26,287 nucleotides of DNA from a virus. Its lineage: Duplodnaviria; Caudoviricetes. The position numbers and the translations under genes were made by a program. This document shows, piece after piece, positions 1 through 7,848 of the stretch. The notes beneath the pieces are model-generated. The model was not told the DNA's origin. It was given only the letters and a program-made list of their open reading frames with translations, and did not search any database. The stretch's first letter is position 1, and each line of letters begins with the position of its first letter. The stretch is from positions 1 through 26,287 of the IMG/VR virus record IMGVR_UViG_3300037311_000193; one strand, given 5' to 3'.

Positions 1-2
1 GC

Positions 3-1592
3 TTCCTGGCCATCGCCGGGGCCAACAGCGCGGCGGGCCTGCGCTCGATGCCGGTGCGCGACCTGTTCCTGGACGAGGTGGACGCCTACCCCACCGACGT
101 CGATGGCGAAGGCGACCCGGTCCAGCTGGCCGCGGCCCGGCAGACCACCTTCGCGCGGCGAAAGCGGCTCATCACCAGCACGCCCACGACCAAGGACTAC
201 AGCCGCATCGAGACCGCGTACCTCGCCAGCGACCGCTGCCGCTTCCACGTGCCGTGCCCGCACTGCAAGGGCATGCAGCCGCTGGAGTGGGGCGCCGACA
301 AGCCCCACGGCATCAAGTGGGACCGCGGCGCCGACGGCCGCGCGCTGCTGTCCAGCGTGCGCTACGTGTGCGCGCATTGCGGGGCGGAGATTGCCGAGCA
401 CCACAAGCCCGGCATGCTGGCCGGCGGCGCTTGGGTGCCCGAGAACCTGGCCGCCGGCGGCAAGGTGCGCGGCTTCCACCTGTCGAGCCTCTACTCGCCG
501 CTGGGCTGGCTGAGCTGGCCCGAGCTGGTAGCCGAGTGGGAGCGGGCCATCGCGGCGTCGCGCTCGGGCGACCCGAGCCTGCTGCGCGTGTTCGTCAACA
601 CCCGGCTGGCCGAGACCTACGAAGACGACGGCGACAAGGCCGACGAGCACCAGCTGCGCCGCCGGGCTGGTGACTATCCGCTCCGCCAGGTGCTGCCCGG
701 CATGCTGGTCATGACCGCTGGCGTGGACGTGCAGGGCGATCGCCTCGAGGTGTACTTGTGGGCCTGGGGCCGCGGCCTCGAGCGGCAGCTGGTCGACCGC
801 GCGGTGCTGTACGGCGATCCGGCCATGCCCGAGACCGAGACCGGCTCGCCCTGGGCCATGCTCACCGAGTACCGGCGGACGCCCGTGCTGCACGGCGCCA
901 GCGGCCGGCCCGTTCCGCTGCTGGCGGTGGCCATCGACACCGGTGGCCACCACACCCAGGCGGTGTACAGCTACGTCAGCTCGCACGGCCATGCCAATGT
1001 GCTGGCCGTCAAGGGGCAGAGCCAGGCCGGCAAGGCCGTCATCGGCAAGCCCACCGACGTCGATGTCAACTGGCGCGGCCAGCGCGTGAAGCGCGGCGTG
1101 AAGCTGTGGCCCGTGGGTGCCGACACTGGCAAGGCCGAGATCTACGGCCGGCTGCGGCTCGAGCATCCCGGGCCTGGCTTCGTGCACCTCACCAAGCAAC
1201 TGCCGGGCGAGGTGTTCGAACAGCTCACCAGCGAGCGCATGGTGACGAAGTATGTGCGCGGCCATCCGCGTCTGGAGTGGGTCAAGCCTCCAGGCCGGCG
1301 CAACGAAGCGCTGGATTGCGCCGTCTACGCGCTGGCCGCCGCCCATTGGCTGCACATGGACCGCTGGCGCGAGGGCGACTGGGCCAAGTGGGAGCGCCGG
1401 GTGGCCGCGCGCGACCTCTTCGACCAGGCCCAGGCGGCGCCTCAGCCCGAGCCGGCCGAGGGCGCCGCCGCCGACACCGCCGCTGCTGCCGACCAGCCGG
1501 CACAAGCAGCCGCGCCGGCGCCGCCGTTGCCCATTGCCCGCCCCCCTTCCGCCATCCGCGCCAACCGCCGAATCCGAGGAAAGCTCCGATGA
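3..1592 (+). CDS. terL: Terminase large subunit, lambda gpA family (5' end outside window)
   Basis: The frame is open from base 3 (FLAIAGANSAAGLRSMPVRDLFLDEVD, Walker B). It also has STPT, the CPHC...CAHC Zn motifs, GFHLSSLYSPLGW, the nuclease motif TAGVDVQGDRLE and RNEALDC. Confidence 0.95.
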   Translation, partial: FLAIAGANSAAGLRSMPVRDLFLDEVDAYPTDVDGEGDPVQLAAARQTTFARRKRLITSTPTTKDYSRIETAYLASDRCRFHVPCPHCKGMQPLEWGADKPHGIKWDRGADGRALLSSVRYVCAHCGAEIAEHHKPGMLAGGAWVPENLAAGGKVRGFHLSSLYSPLGWLSWPELVAEWERAIAASRSGDPSLLRVFVNTRLAETYEDDGDKADEHQLRRRAGDYPLRQVLPGMLVMTAGVDVQGDRLEVYLWAWGRGLERQLVDRAVLYGDPAMPETETGSPWAMLTEYRRTPVLHGASGRPVPLLAVAIDTGGHHTQAVYSYVSSHGHANVLAVKGQSQAGKAVIGKPTDVDVNWRGQRVKRGVKLWPVGADTGKAEIYGRLRLEHPGPGFVHLTKQLPGEVFEQLTSERMVTKYVRGHPRLEWVKPPGRRNEALDCAVYALAAAHWLHMDRWREGDWAKWERRVAARDLFDQAQAAPQPEPAEGAAADTAAAADQPAQAAAPAPPLPIARPPSAIRANRRIRGKLR

Positions 1593-1870
1593 TCTGCAAC
1601 CGCCGCACCGAACTAACTAGAGAGCAGCGCACCGCGCTTGCCGAAGCACGGCGGCTGCTGTCGCCGCTGTTTGCCGGGCAAACGCTGAACCTCTATGTGC
1701 CCGAGGGTTGCGTTGATGCCAAGGTTGAGCGCGAGCGGCGCATCCGCGCCGCACTAGAACAGGGCGAGCCAGCGTCGGTCATCGCCAGGCGCGAGGGCGT
1801 CAGCGACCGCTACGTGCGCGCGCTGCGCGGCCGCTTCGTGACGGGAGCGCGCGGAACTGTTCACCCCTGA
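1589..1870 (+). CDS. Mor/C-like helix-turn-helix transcription activator (93 aa)
   Basis: ATGA overlap with the terL stop. FAGQTLNLYVP...RERRI followed by an HTH (ASVIARREGVSDRYVRAL) resembles the Mu Mor/C family. Confidence 0.65.
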   Translation: MICNRRTELTREQRTALAEARRLLSPLFAGQTLNLYVPEGCVDAKVERERRIRAALEQGEPASVIARREGVSDRYVRALRGRFVTGARGTVHP

Positions 1871-1896
1871 CCCGTTCCGGGGCAGCCTCGCACAAT
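1852..1896 (+). promoter_or_regulatory. Putative activator-dependent late promoter, copy 1
   Basis: CGGAACTGTTCACCCCTGACCCGTTCCG (1852-1879) has inverted CGGAAC/GTTCCG ends and is followed, after an 11-nt gap, by CACAAT. It is 25/28 identical to 7251-7278. Confidence 0.6.
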
Positions 1897-1929
1897 CTCT
1901 TGCACGCTGCAGATTCGTGAGGCTCCCGT

Positions 1930-2421
1930 ATGCCGGCCACTGTCCAGATCGTCGAGAAAAACGGTGCCGGTGGCACCACGACCGACAAGACCTCCGGCAC
2001 CATCCGGTTCAAGAACGCCGACAACGCCACCGTCGACCTGCTGAACCCGATGGTGAAGCCGGGCGCCGGCAGCGACTTCTCCTTCGAGAAGTGGCTCCGG
2101 TTCAACGTGTCCGGCGGCACCTACACGCAGATCACCAACATCCGCGCCTACAGCGACGGCGCCAACGGCCTCGGCACCGGCGCGCTGCTGTGGGCCAGGG
2201 CGGTGGCCAGCTACGCCACGCCCATCGAGGCGACCTCCACCTCCGGCTACACCAACTTCTTCACCTACACGAGCGGCAGCGCGCTCACGCTGGGCGCCGG
2301 CCCGTTCACCAGCACCGGCGAGAAGGGTGACCACCTCGTGATGATGTTCGAGGTGCAGAGCACCGCCAGCGGCGGCCTCACGCCGACCGAGACGCTCACC
2401 ATCGCGTGGGACGAGATCTGA
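1930..2421 (+). CDS. Putative virion structural protein (163 aa)
   Basis: Thr/Gly/Ser-rich, beta-type sequence with high GC3 codon usage; first gene after promoter copy 1. Confidence 0.75.
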   Translation: MPATVQIVEKNGAGGTTTDKTSGTIRFKNADNATVDLLNPMVKPGAGSDFSFEKWLRFNVSGGTYTQITNIRAYSDGANGLGTGALLWARAVASYATPIEATSTSGYTNFFTYTSGSALTLGAGPFTSTGEKGDHLVMMFEVQSTASGGLTPTETLTIAWDEI

Positions 2422-2428
2422 GGCGCGC

Positions 2429-2677
2429 ATGCACGTGGCGCCGTTCGAGATCGCAGCGGGCGAAGCGGGTGCTGCCCGCGTGGCCAGCAACGGCGTCGCC
2501 ACGCTGACGCTGCAGTCCGCCAGCGACACCGCCCGCCTGTTCCGCCGGCGCGCCGTCAAGGGCGCGGGCTCCGACCAGGCCCAGGCCATCGAGTGGATCG
2601 TGGCCGAGCTCGACGGCGTGCGCGTGTACTTCGACGGTGTGCACGTCGTGGTCACGCGAGAAGACCTCAACCCGTAG
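2429..2677 (+). CDS. Hypothetical phage protein (82 aa)
   Basis: GAGG RBS upstream, tight packing and consistent codon usage. Confidence 0.7.
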   Translation: MHVAPFEIAAGEAGAARVASNGVATLTLQSASDTARLFRRRAVKGAGSDQAQAIEWIVAELDGVRVYFDGVHVVVTREDLNP

Positions 2678-2685
2678 GAGATCCC

Positions 2686-2931
2686 ATGGAAGTCGTCGTT
2701 CCCGCGCTGCCGCCGCTGCCGGCGTTTCCAGCGAGCGGCACCGATGTCGAGCGCGGCCAATGGCTGACGCTGGCCGGGCTGCACGCGCAAGTTGCGAAGC
2801 TGGAGTCGGACAGGCTCACTCGTGAGGCCATCCTGGGGCTCATGGCGGAGTTCTCCAAGGTGTATCCGAAGATGGGCGCAATGGACTTCGACCAAGCCGT
2901 CGAACTCATCAAGCTGGTCAAGGGGGCCTGA
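2686..2931 (+). CDS. Hypothetical phage protein (81 aa)
   Basis: AGGAG RBS before ATG 2686; fills the gap between neighbouring genes. Confidence 0.7.
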   Translation: MEVVVPALPPLPAFPASGTDVERGQWLTLAGLHAQVAKLESDRLTREAILGLMAEFSKVYPKMGAMDFDQAVELIKLVKGA

Positions 2932-2934
2932 GCA

Positions 2935-3513
2935 ATGGCGAGCTACGGATTCCGGCAGCGCATCCTCGAACTTCGCGAGGACGGCGCCGCTCTCACCAAC
3001 TCGACGACGGCGACCAGCCTGCTGCCGAGCTCCGGCTCCGAGGCCTTCGTCGGAGCTGGCCAGCTTCGTCCGGGCGCGGTGCTGTGCTTCGATTTCTCCG
3101 GCCGCATCAGCACGGTGGTGACGACGCCCGGCACGCTGACACTGGCGCTGCGTCTGGGCTCGATCGACGTGTTCAGCAGCGGAGCCATGACGCTGAACAC
3201 GACCGCGCAGACCAACGTGCACTGGCATCTGCGCGGCGAGCTGGTCTGCCGCGCCACTGGCACCGGCACCAGTACCACGCTGTTCCCGAAGCTGTGCTGC
3301 TTCAAGAGCCATGCAGTCATCGGATCGCCAGCGCCATCGGCCGGCGGCGCCGGTGAGCACATGCTGCCGTACAACGCGGCGCCAGCGGTCGGTTCCGGCT
3401 TCGACTTCTCGGCCTCGCAGCTGATCGGCCTGTTCGGGACGTGGTCGGTGGCCAGCGCCTCCAACAGCATCCAGGTCCACTGCGGCAGCGTGGACATCTA
3501 CATCGGCGGGTAA
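2935..3513 (+). CDS. Putative virion structural/decoration protein (192 aa)
   Basis: Beta-rich Thr/Ser/Gly composition; operon packing. Confidence 0.7.
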   Translation: MASYGFRQRILELREDGAALTNSTTATSLLPSSGSEAFVGAGQLRPGAVLCFDFSGRISTVVTTPGTLTLALRLGSIDVFSSGAMTLNTTAQTNVHWHLRGELVCRATGTGTSTTLFPKLCCFKSHAVIGSPAPSAGGAGEHMLPYNAAPAVGSGFDFSASQLIGLFGTWSVASASNSIQVHCGSVDIYIGG

Positions 3514-3517
3514 GCCC

Positions 3518-4321
3518 GTGCCCCTGTCGCGCGCGGCGTTCTCCAGGCTGTGGGCGCCGGCGTCGGGCGGGCCGGTGTACGGGCTCAGGTTCCCAAGCAA
3601 TGGCGACAGCCCGGCCGGCACCATGGTGGCGTTCCGCTTCACTGGGACGAACGCGCCGAGCGCCTACCCGGCCACCTACGTGTGGCGGGTGAAGTACCGA
3701 CAGCAGAACATCAGCGGCGCAGGCCGCTACTTCACGCTTTTCTTCTGGGCGGACACCACGCTGACGGGGTTCGTAAACACCGGCTACTACGGGTTCCACC
3801 CATACCCCGATCCTGCGCCAAACGGCACGCCCCCCAAGTGGGAAATCAGTCTAGACGGGCAAGACGTCCTAGGCCCTGTGGTGACGCTCGATCAGTGGTT
3901 TACGCAGGCGGCGGTGGTTCGCTTGGTGAACACGGACGAACTGGAAACGACCTTCTACTACGACCTTGCGGGCGCAGGGACGACCGCAAAGATTACCTTC
4001 ACCACTACAACCAACTATGCGTTGACTTTCCCGCAGGGCGCGGCGCCCGGCATTGTCTTCGGCGATGCGCCGTGGTCGGTGGACGCTGAACGTCTAAGCG
4101 GCACTCTCGGGCCGTTCAAGATGTTCAACACCAACCTGAGCGAAGCTGACATCGTGTCGGAGGCGGGCAACATGGCCTCGATCGTCACGAGCGCTGGAAC
4201 CTCGAGCCGTTGGTGGTTCAAGCCCACGTTTGACAGCGTGGACGACCTGACAGACAGCGTGACTGGCAAGTCGGCCGCTTGGTACAACACGAACAAGGCC
4301 ACGCGGGAGCTGGTGACGTGA
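3518..4321 (+). CDS. Putative LamG/concanavalin-A-like domain virion protein (267 aa)
   Basis: LDQWFTQAAVV...IVFGD...LSGTLGPFKMFNTNLSEADI resembles the LamG-like jelly-roll pattern; visibly lower GC3. Confidence 0.55.
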   Translation: MPLSRAAFSRLWAPASGGPVYGLRFPSNGDSPAGTMVAFRFTGTNAPSAYPATYVWRVKYRQQNISGAGRYFTLFFWADTTLTGFVNTGYYGFHPYPDPAPNGTPPKWEISLDGQDVLGPVVTLDQWFTQAAVVRLVNTDELETTFYYDLAGAGTTAKITFTTTTNYALTFPQGAAPGIVFGDAPWSVDAERLSGTLGPFKMFNTNLSEADIVSEAGNMASIVTSAGTSSRWWFKPTFDSVDDLTDSVTGKSAAWYNTNKATRELVT

Positions 4322-4473
4322 TCCGCGTGCGGCGCTCGCCGTTCGGCCTGATGTCGCCGGCTCTTGCCAAGGCCGAGGTGCGGGCGATCGAAAAGCGCGT
4401 GCGCGAACAAGCGCAGAAGCTGCGGGACGAACTGAAGGCGCGGCGGGATCTCGTTGGGCTGGTGAGGGTCTGA
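4318..4473 (+). CDS. Small basic hypothetical protein (51 aa)
   Basis: GTGA overlap with the upstream stop, GGAG upstream, and it ends 1 nt before the next ATG. Confidence 0.45.
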   Translation: MIRVRRSPFGLMSPALAKAEVRAIEKRVREQAQKLRDELKARRDLVGLVRV

Positions 4474-4474
4474 C

Positions 4475-5359
4475 ATGGCGACCTTCAGCACAAGCGCTTC
4501 AATCGGCGTATCCGATGCAGGCGCATCGACACAGAGCACCGGCAATGTCGTTGTGGCGTCGGACGCGATTGTCTACGCGCTTGTCGTCAACTCAGACGCC
4601 ACGCCGCTAGCGCCGACCGGCGTCACTTGGGATCCCAGCGGGGCGAACCAGGCATTTACGCAGCTTGGCACGACGCTGACCATCACCAGCTTTGGCCGGG
4701 CGAGCCTGTGGCGGATCATCACGCCCACGGCTGGCACTGCTCCGGTGCGAGCAAGCTGGAGCGGGAACCAGACCGAGCGCACGGTGATCGTCTGGGTCGG
4801 TACGAACATCGACACGGCGACGCCGAACGAGACGCCGGTAACCGCGACCGGGACGAACACGACGCCTACGGCAACGGCCAACACTGGCATTGTCTCGGGC
4901 GACATGGTGGTGACGTTCGGTGCTTATCAGCACGCGCTCACCACGGCTCGGACGTTCAACAGCCCCACGGGCGGCACAAACGTCAACGAGCGGCAGGACA
5001 CGGCTTCGTCCCCCGATGGCTACTCGGGCGGCGCGGTCATGGACGCCGAGGCCACCGGCACGAGCATCTCCCCGCAGTGGACGATGAGCGGCGCGGTGGA
5101 TGGGTGGGGCATCTTCGTTGTCCCGCTGAATGACGGCGTTACCAGCACGCGCGCCCAGCAGGGCTCGCGCTTCGGTGCCGATGACGGCAGCGAAAGCGCG
5201 CACACCTGGTTGGCGGCCCAGGGTGCCGATGTCAGCGTGGCACCGGACACACCGTTCCGCGTGCGGCTGGGCGTGCAGGCAACCGGCGATCCGGCAGCGG
5301 CTGCCTACCAGCTCGAGTGGCGCAAGGTCGGCGACAGCAACTGGACGAAAGCGGAGTAG
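4475..5359 (+). CDS. Putative virion surface protein (294 aa)
   Basis: Thr/Ser/Ala-rich beta-sandwich-like sequence with a C-terminal RFGADDGSESAHTW...YQLEWRK segment. Confidence 0.7.
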   Translation: MATFSTSASIGVSDAGASTQSTGNVVVASDAIVYALVVNSDATPLAPTGVTWDPSGANQAFTQLGTTLTITSFGRASLWRIITPTAGTAPVRASWSGNQTERTVIVWVGTNIDTATPNETPVTATGTNTTPTATANTGIVSGDMVVTFGAYQHALTTARTFNSPTGGTNVNERQDTASSPDGYSGGAVMDAEATGTSISPQWTMSGAVDGWGIFVVPLNDGVTSTRAQQGSRFGADDGSESAHTWLAAQGADVSVAPDTPFRVRLGVQATGDPAAAAYQLEWRKVGDSNWTKAE

Positions 5360-5361
5360 AC

Positions 5362-5973
5362 ATGCCCGATGCAAAGATCAGCGCACTCACTGCGGCATCG
5401 ACGCCTGACGGCACCGAGATACTGCCGCTGGTGCAGAGCAGCACGACGCGCCGCGCCACGGTCCGCGAGCTGCAGCACACCGCCCTCATGCTTCTGGACA
5501 CGGCGTTCACGCTTACGAGCACGACTGCTGCGCAACGCCTGTTCAACGGGTCCACGAACGGACGGCTGACGCTCGCGACGGGCTGGTATCTGTTCGATGC
5601 GGTCATCGCCATGACCAGCATGTCGGCAACGTCGGGCAACGCGCAGTTTCAGCTGCTCGGTGGAGGAAGCGCGGTTCTAGGTCCGGTGCTCTACCACACC
5701 GTCGGCATCGACGGCCTGAACAACACGGCCGCAACTCAGACGGGGTCGTGGTCGACCGCCTCCAACTCGCCGGCCGCTGCCGTGACCGCCGGCACAGCGG
5801 CAGCCATGATGATGAATATGCGCGGCTCGTTCGAAGTCACGACGAGCGGCACGATAGTGCCGTCGGTCGCGCTGCTGACCGCTGCGGCGGCCGTCGTCTC
5901 GGCCGGCAGCTTCTTCCGCTGCATGCGAGTCGGCGACGTGAACGTCAACCCGGTCATCGGTTCCTGGTCCTGA
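5362..5973 (+). CDS. Putative fibre/appendage protein (203 aa)
   Basis: GGAG RBS. The N-terminus MPDAKISALTAASTPDGTEILPLVQ is a motif type common at the start of phage fibre proteins. Confidence 0.7.
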   Translation: MPDAKISALTAASTPDGTEILPLVQSSTTRRATVRELQHTALMLLDTAFTLTSTTAAQRLFNGSTNGRLTLATGWYLFDAVIAMTSMSATSGNAQFQLLGGGSAVLGPVLYHTVGIDGLNNTAATQTGSWSTASNSPAAAVTAGTAAAMMMNMRGSFEVTTSGTIVPSVALLTAAAAVVSAGSFFRCMRVGDVNVNPVIGSWS

Positions 5974-5984
5974 CAGGCTAGGGC

Positions 5985-7244
5985 GTGACCGAGCGCATCC
6001 TCCAAGAGGACGACTTCCTGCTGCTGCAGGAGGACGACAGCGCGCTGCTGCGTGACTATCAGGCCGTCCGCCTGGCGCCGTCCACGCACATCTCCGCAGG
6101 CGCGGCCACTGCGACCACGCAGCGGCTCACCGGCCTGACCGGCACGTTCACGGCCGGCCGTATCAGCGACGACACCAACCCAGTCCCGCCGGTCGACATC
6201 GGCGCAGACGGCAACTCGGAGTTCGAGTTCAGCGTCACGCTGGCCTACGACCTGCCCAACGCGGAGGTCTACGAGTTCCGCCTGACCGCGGCCGGCGTGC
6301 CGTTGAACACCTACCCGCCCCAAGCGCCGCGGGTCACCGTGGACACCGGTGTGCCACCGCCGCCGCCGCCGCAGGAGCCAGAGCAGTCCGTCTGGAGCAG
6401 CCGCAACAGGCCCGGCTCCGGCCCGCTGTCGGTGGGCCAGTTCTATGTGGCCCCGCGGGTCATCATCACGTCCGATGCGCTACCAGCGGCGCGAACCGCC
6501 ACTGCCAGCCTGGCCGCCGCCGTGCAGTTCGCGCAGAGCGTGGCGTCATCGCTGCAGGCTGCGCTGCAGGAGTCGCGCACCGTCTCAGGCAGCGCCAGTG
6601 CGGCGGTGCAGGAGGCTCGCGCCGCGTCGGCTGCGGCTGGTGCTGCAGTGCTCGAGGCGCGCACCGCAACCGCGGCCGCCGGCGCCGCTGTGCAGGTGGC
6701 GCTGGCCGCCACCGCCAGCTTGTCGGCCCAGGTGCAGGCCGGCTTCACCGCGTCGCTGCAGCTCGAGGCGGCCATCGCCGCGTCGCAGGTCGCCACCACC
6801 GCCCTGGGTGCCGCCGTTCAGGCCTCCGCGACGGCCACCGCCAGCCTCAGTGCCTTCGTCCAGGCCGGCACGTCGGCGGTGACGTCGCTGCAGGTGGCCG
6901 TGCAGGAGGCGCGAGCTGCCACTGCGGCGCTGCAGGTGGCCGTGGCGGTTCATGGCAGTGCCACCTCGGCCATGGGCGCTGCCATCGCGACCTCGGGCGT
7001 GGCCAGTGCGTCACTGGCGGCGGCGGTGCGTGCGGCGCGTTCCGGCGCTGTGCTCTTGGGCGCCTACATCGACGACCCCGCCGCGCTCGTGTTCACTGCC
7101 GACAGCCGCGCGCGCGTGGGCGCCGCCGGCGATGCTGTCCGCGGCCAGCGCGTGGGCGCCGCCGGCGATGCTGTCCGCGGCCAGCGCGTGGGCGCTGCCG
7201 GCGAAGCCGTCGCGCGCGGACGAGTCGGCCGCCCGCGCGAGTAG
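5985..7244 (+). CDS. Ala-rich repetitive virion protein (419 aa)
   Basis: N-terminal ILQEDDFLLLQEDD, a poly-Pro linker, about 14 repeats of 14 aa, and C-terminal 12-aa repeats. Confidence 0.75.
   Translation: MTERILQEDDFLLLQEDDSALLRDYQAVRLAPSTHISAGAATATTQRLTGLTGTFTAGRISDDTNPVPPVDIGADGNSEFEFSVTLAYDLPNAEVYEFRLTAAGVPLNTYPPQAPRVTVDTGVPPPPPPQEPEQSVWSSRNRPGSGPLSVGQFYVAPRVIITSDALPAARTATASLAAAVQFAQSVASSLQAALQESRTVSGSASAAVQEARAASAAAGAAVLEARTATAAAGAAVQVALAATASLSAQVQAGFTASLQLEAAIAASQVATTALGAAVQASATATASLSAFVQAGTSAVTSLQVAVQEARAATAALQVAVAVHGSATSAMGAAIATSGVASASLAAAVRAARSGAVLLGAYIDDPAALVFTADSRARVGAAGDAVRGQRVGAAGDAVRGQRVGAAGEAVARGRVGRPRE
7112..7219 (+). repeat. 36-bp in-frame tandem repeat (2 exact copies plus 1 degenerate)
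   Basis: GCGCGTGGGCGCCGCCGGCGATGCTGTCCGCGGCCA at 7112 and 7148, degenerate copy at 7184; encodes RVGAAGDAVRGQ. Confidence 0.9.
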
Positions 7245-7250
7245 CGCGCC

Positions 7251-7295
7251 CGGAACGCTTCACCCCTGACCTGTTCCGCGACGGCCGGGAACAAT
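7251..7295 (+). promoter_or_regulatory. Putative activator-dependent late promoter, copy 2
   Basis: CGGAACGCTTCACCCCTGACCTGTTCCG (7251-7278) is followed by AACAAT at the same 11-nt spacing as copy 1, just upstream of the gpW-portal-capsid genes. Confidence 0.6.
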
Positions 7296-7302
7296 TCCGC
7301 CC

Positions 7303-7848
7303 ATGCAGGCGCGGCTCGTTCTCGGCGACACGCTGAACTTCCCCACCACCGTGGCAGGCTACTCCGCCGCCGACGGCTGGGTGCTGAAGTTCGTGCTGGT
7401 GCCGCGTGCCGCCGGCCCGGCGCCCATCACGCTGACCAGCACCGCCGACGGCGAGCAGCACCGCGTGCAGGTGGGTGCGACCACGACCGCCGCCTGGACG
7501 GCCGGCGCCTACTCGTGGCACAGCTGGGTGGAGAAGGCCTCCGAGAAGTACAGCGTCTCCAGCGGCTCCATCACGCTGCAGGCCGACCCGCGCAGCGCTG
7601 CCACGTCTGACCTGCGCAGCCAGGCGCAGGTGGCGCTCGAGGCCGCGCGTGCAGCCCTGGCGGCGTGGACGCCCACGCAGCGCAGCTACACCATCGCCGG
7701 TCGGTCCATGACCTTCAACAGCACGGCCGACATCCTGCCGATCGTGCGCTACTGGGAGCAGCAGGTCGCGCGTGAGGCGCGTGCCGAGGCTGCGTCGAAG
7801 GGCCTGGACAACGGCCGCCGCGTGTTCCTGAGGCTCGGCCGTGCCTGA
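7303..7848 (+). CDS. Head completion protein, gpW-like C-terminus with an extra N-terminal domain
   Basis: YTIAGRSMTFNSTADILPIVRYWEQQVARE is a gpW-like pattern, and the gene lies directly before the portal. Confidence 0.7.
   Translation: MQARLVLGDTLNFPTTVAGYSAADGWVLKFVLVPRAAGPAPITLTSTADGEQHRVQVGATTTAAWTAGAYSWHSWVEKASEKYSVSSGSITLQADPRSAATSDLRSQAQVALEAARAALAAWTPTQRSYTIAGRSMTFNSTADILPIVRYWEQQVAREARAEAASKGLDNGRRVFLRLGRA

Noticed and set aside
758-1588. 370-aa ORF 758-1870 as one protein
   Set aside because: The upstream part is an alternative frame inside terL; only 1589-1870, with its ATGA overlap, is credible.
7112-7219. 36-bp repeats as a CRISPR array
   Set aside because: The copies are directly adjacent without spacers, are in frame within a CDS, and no cas genes are present.
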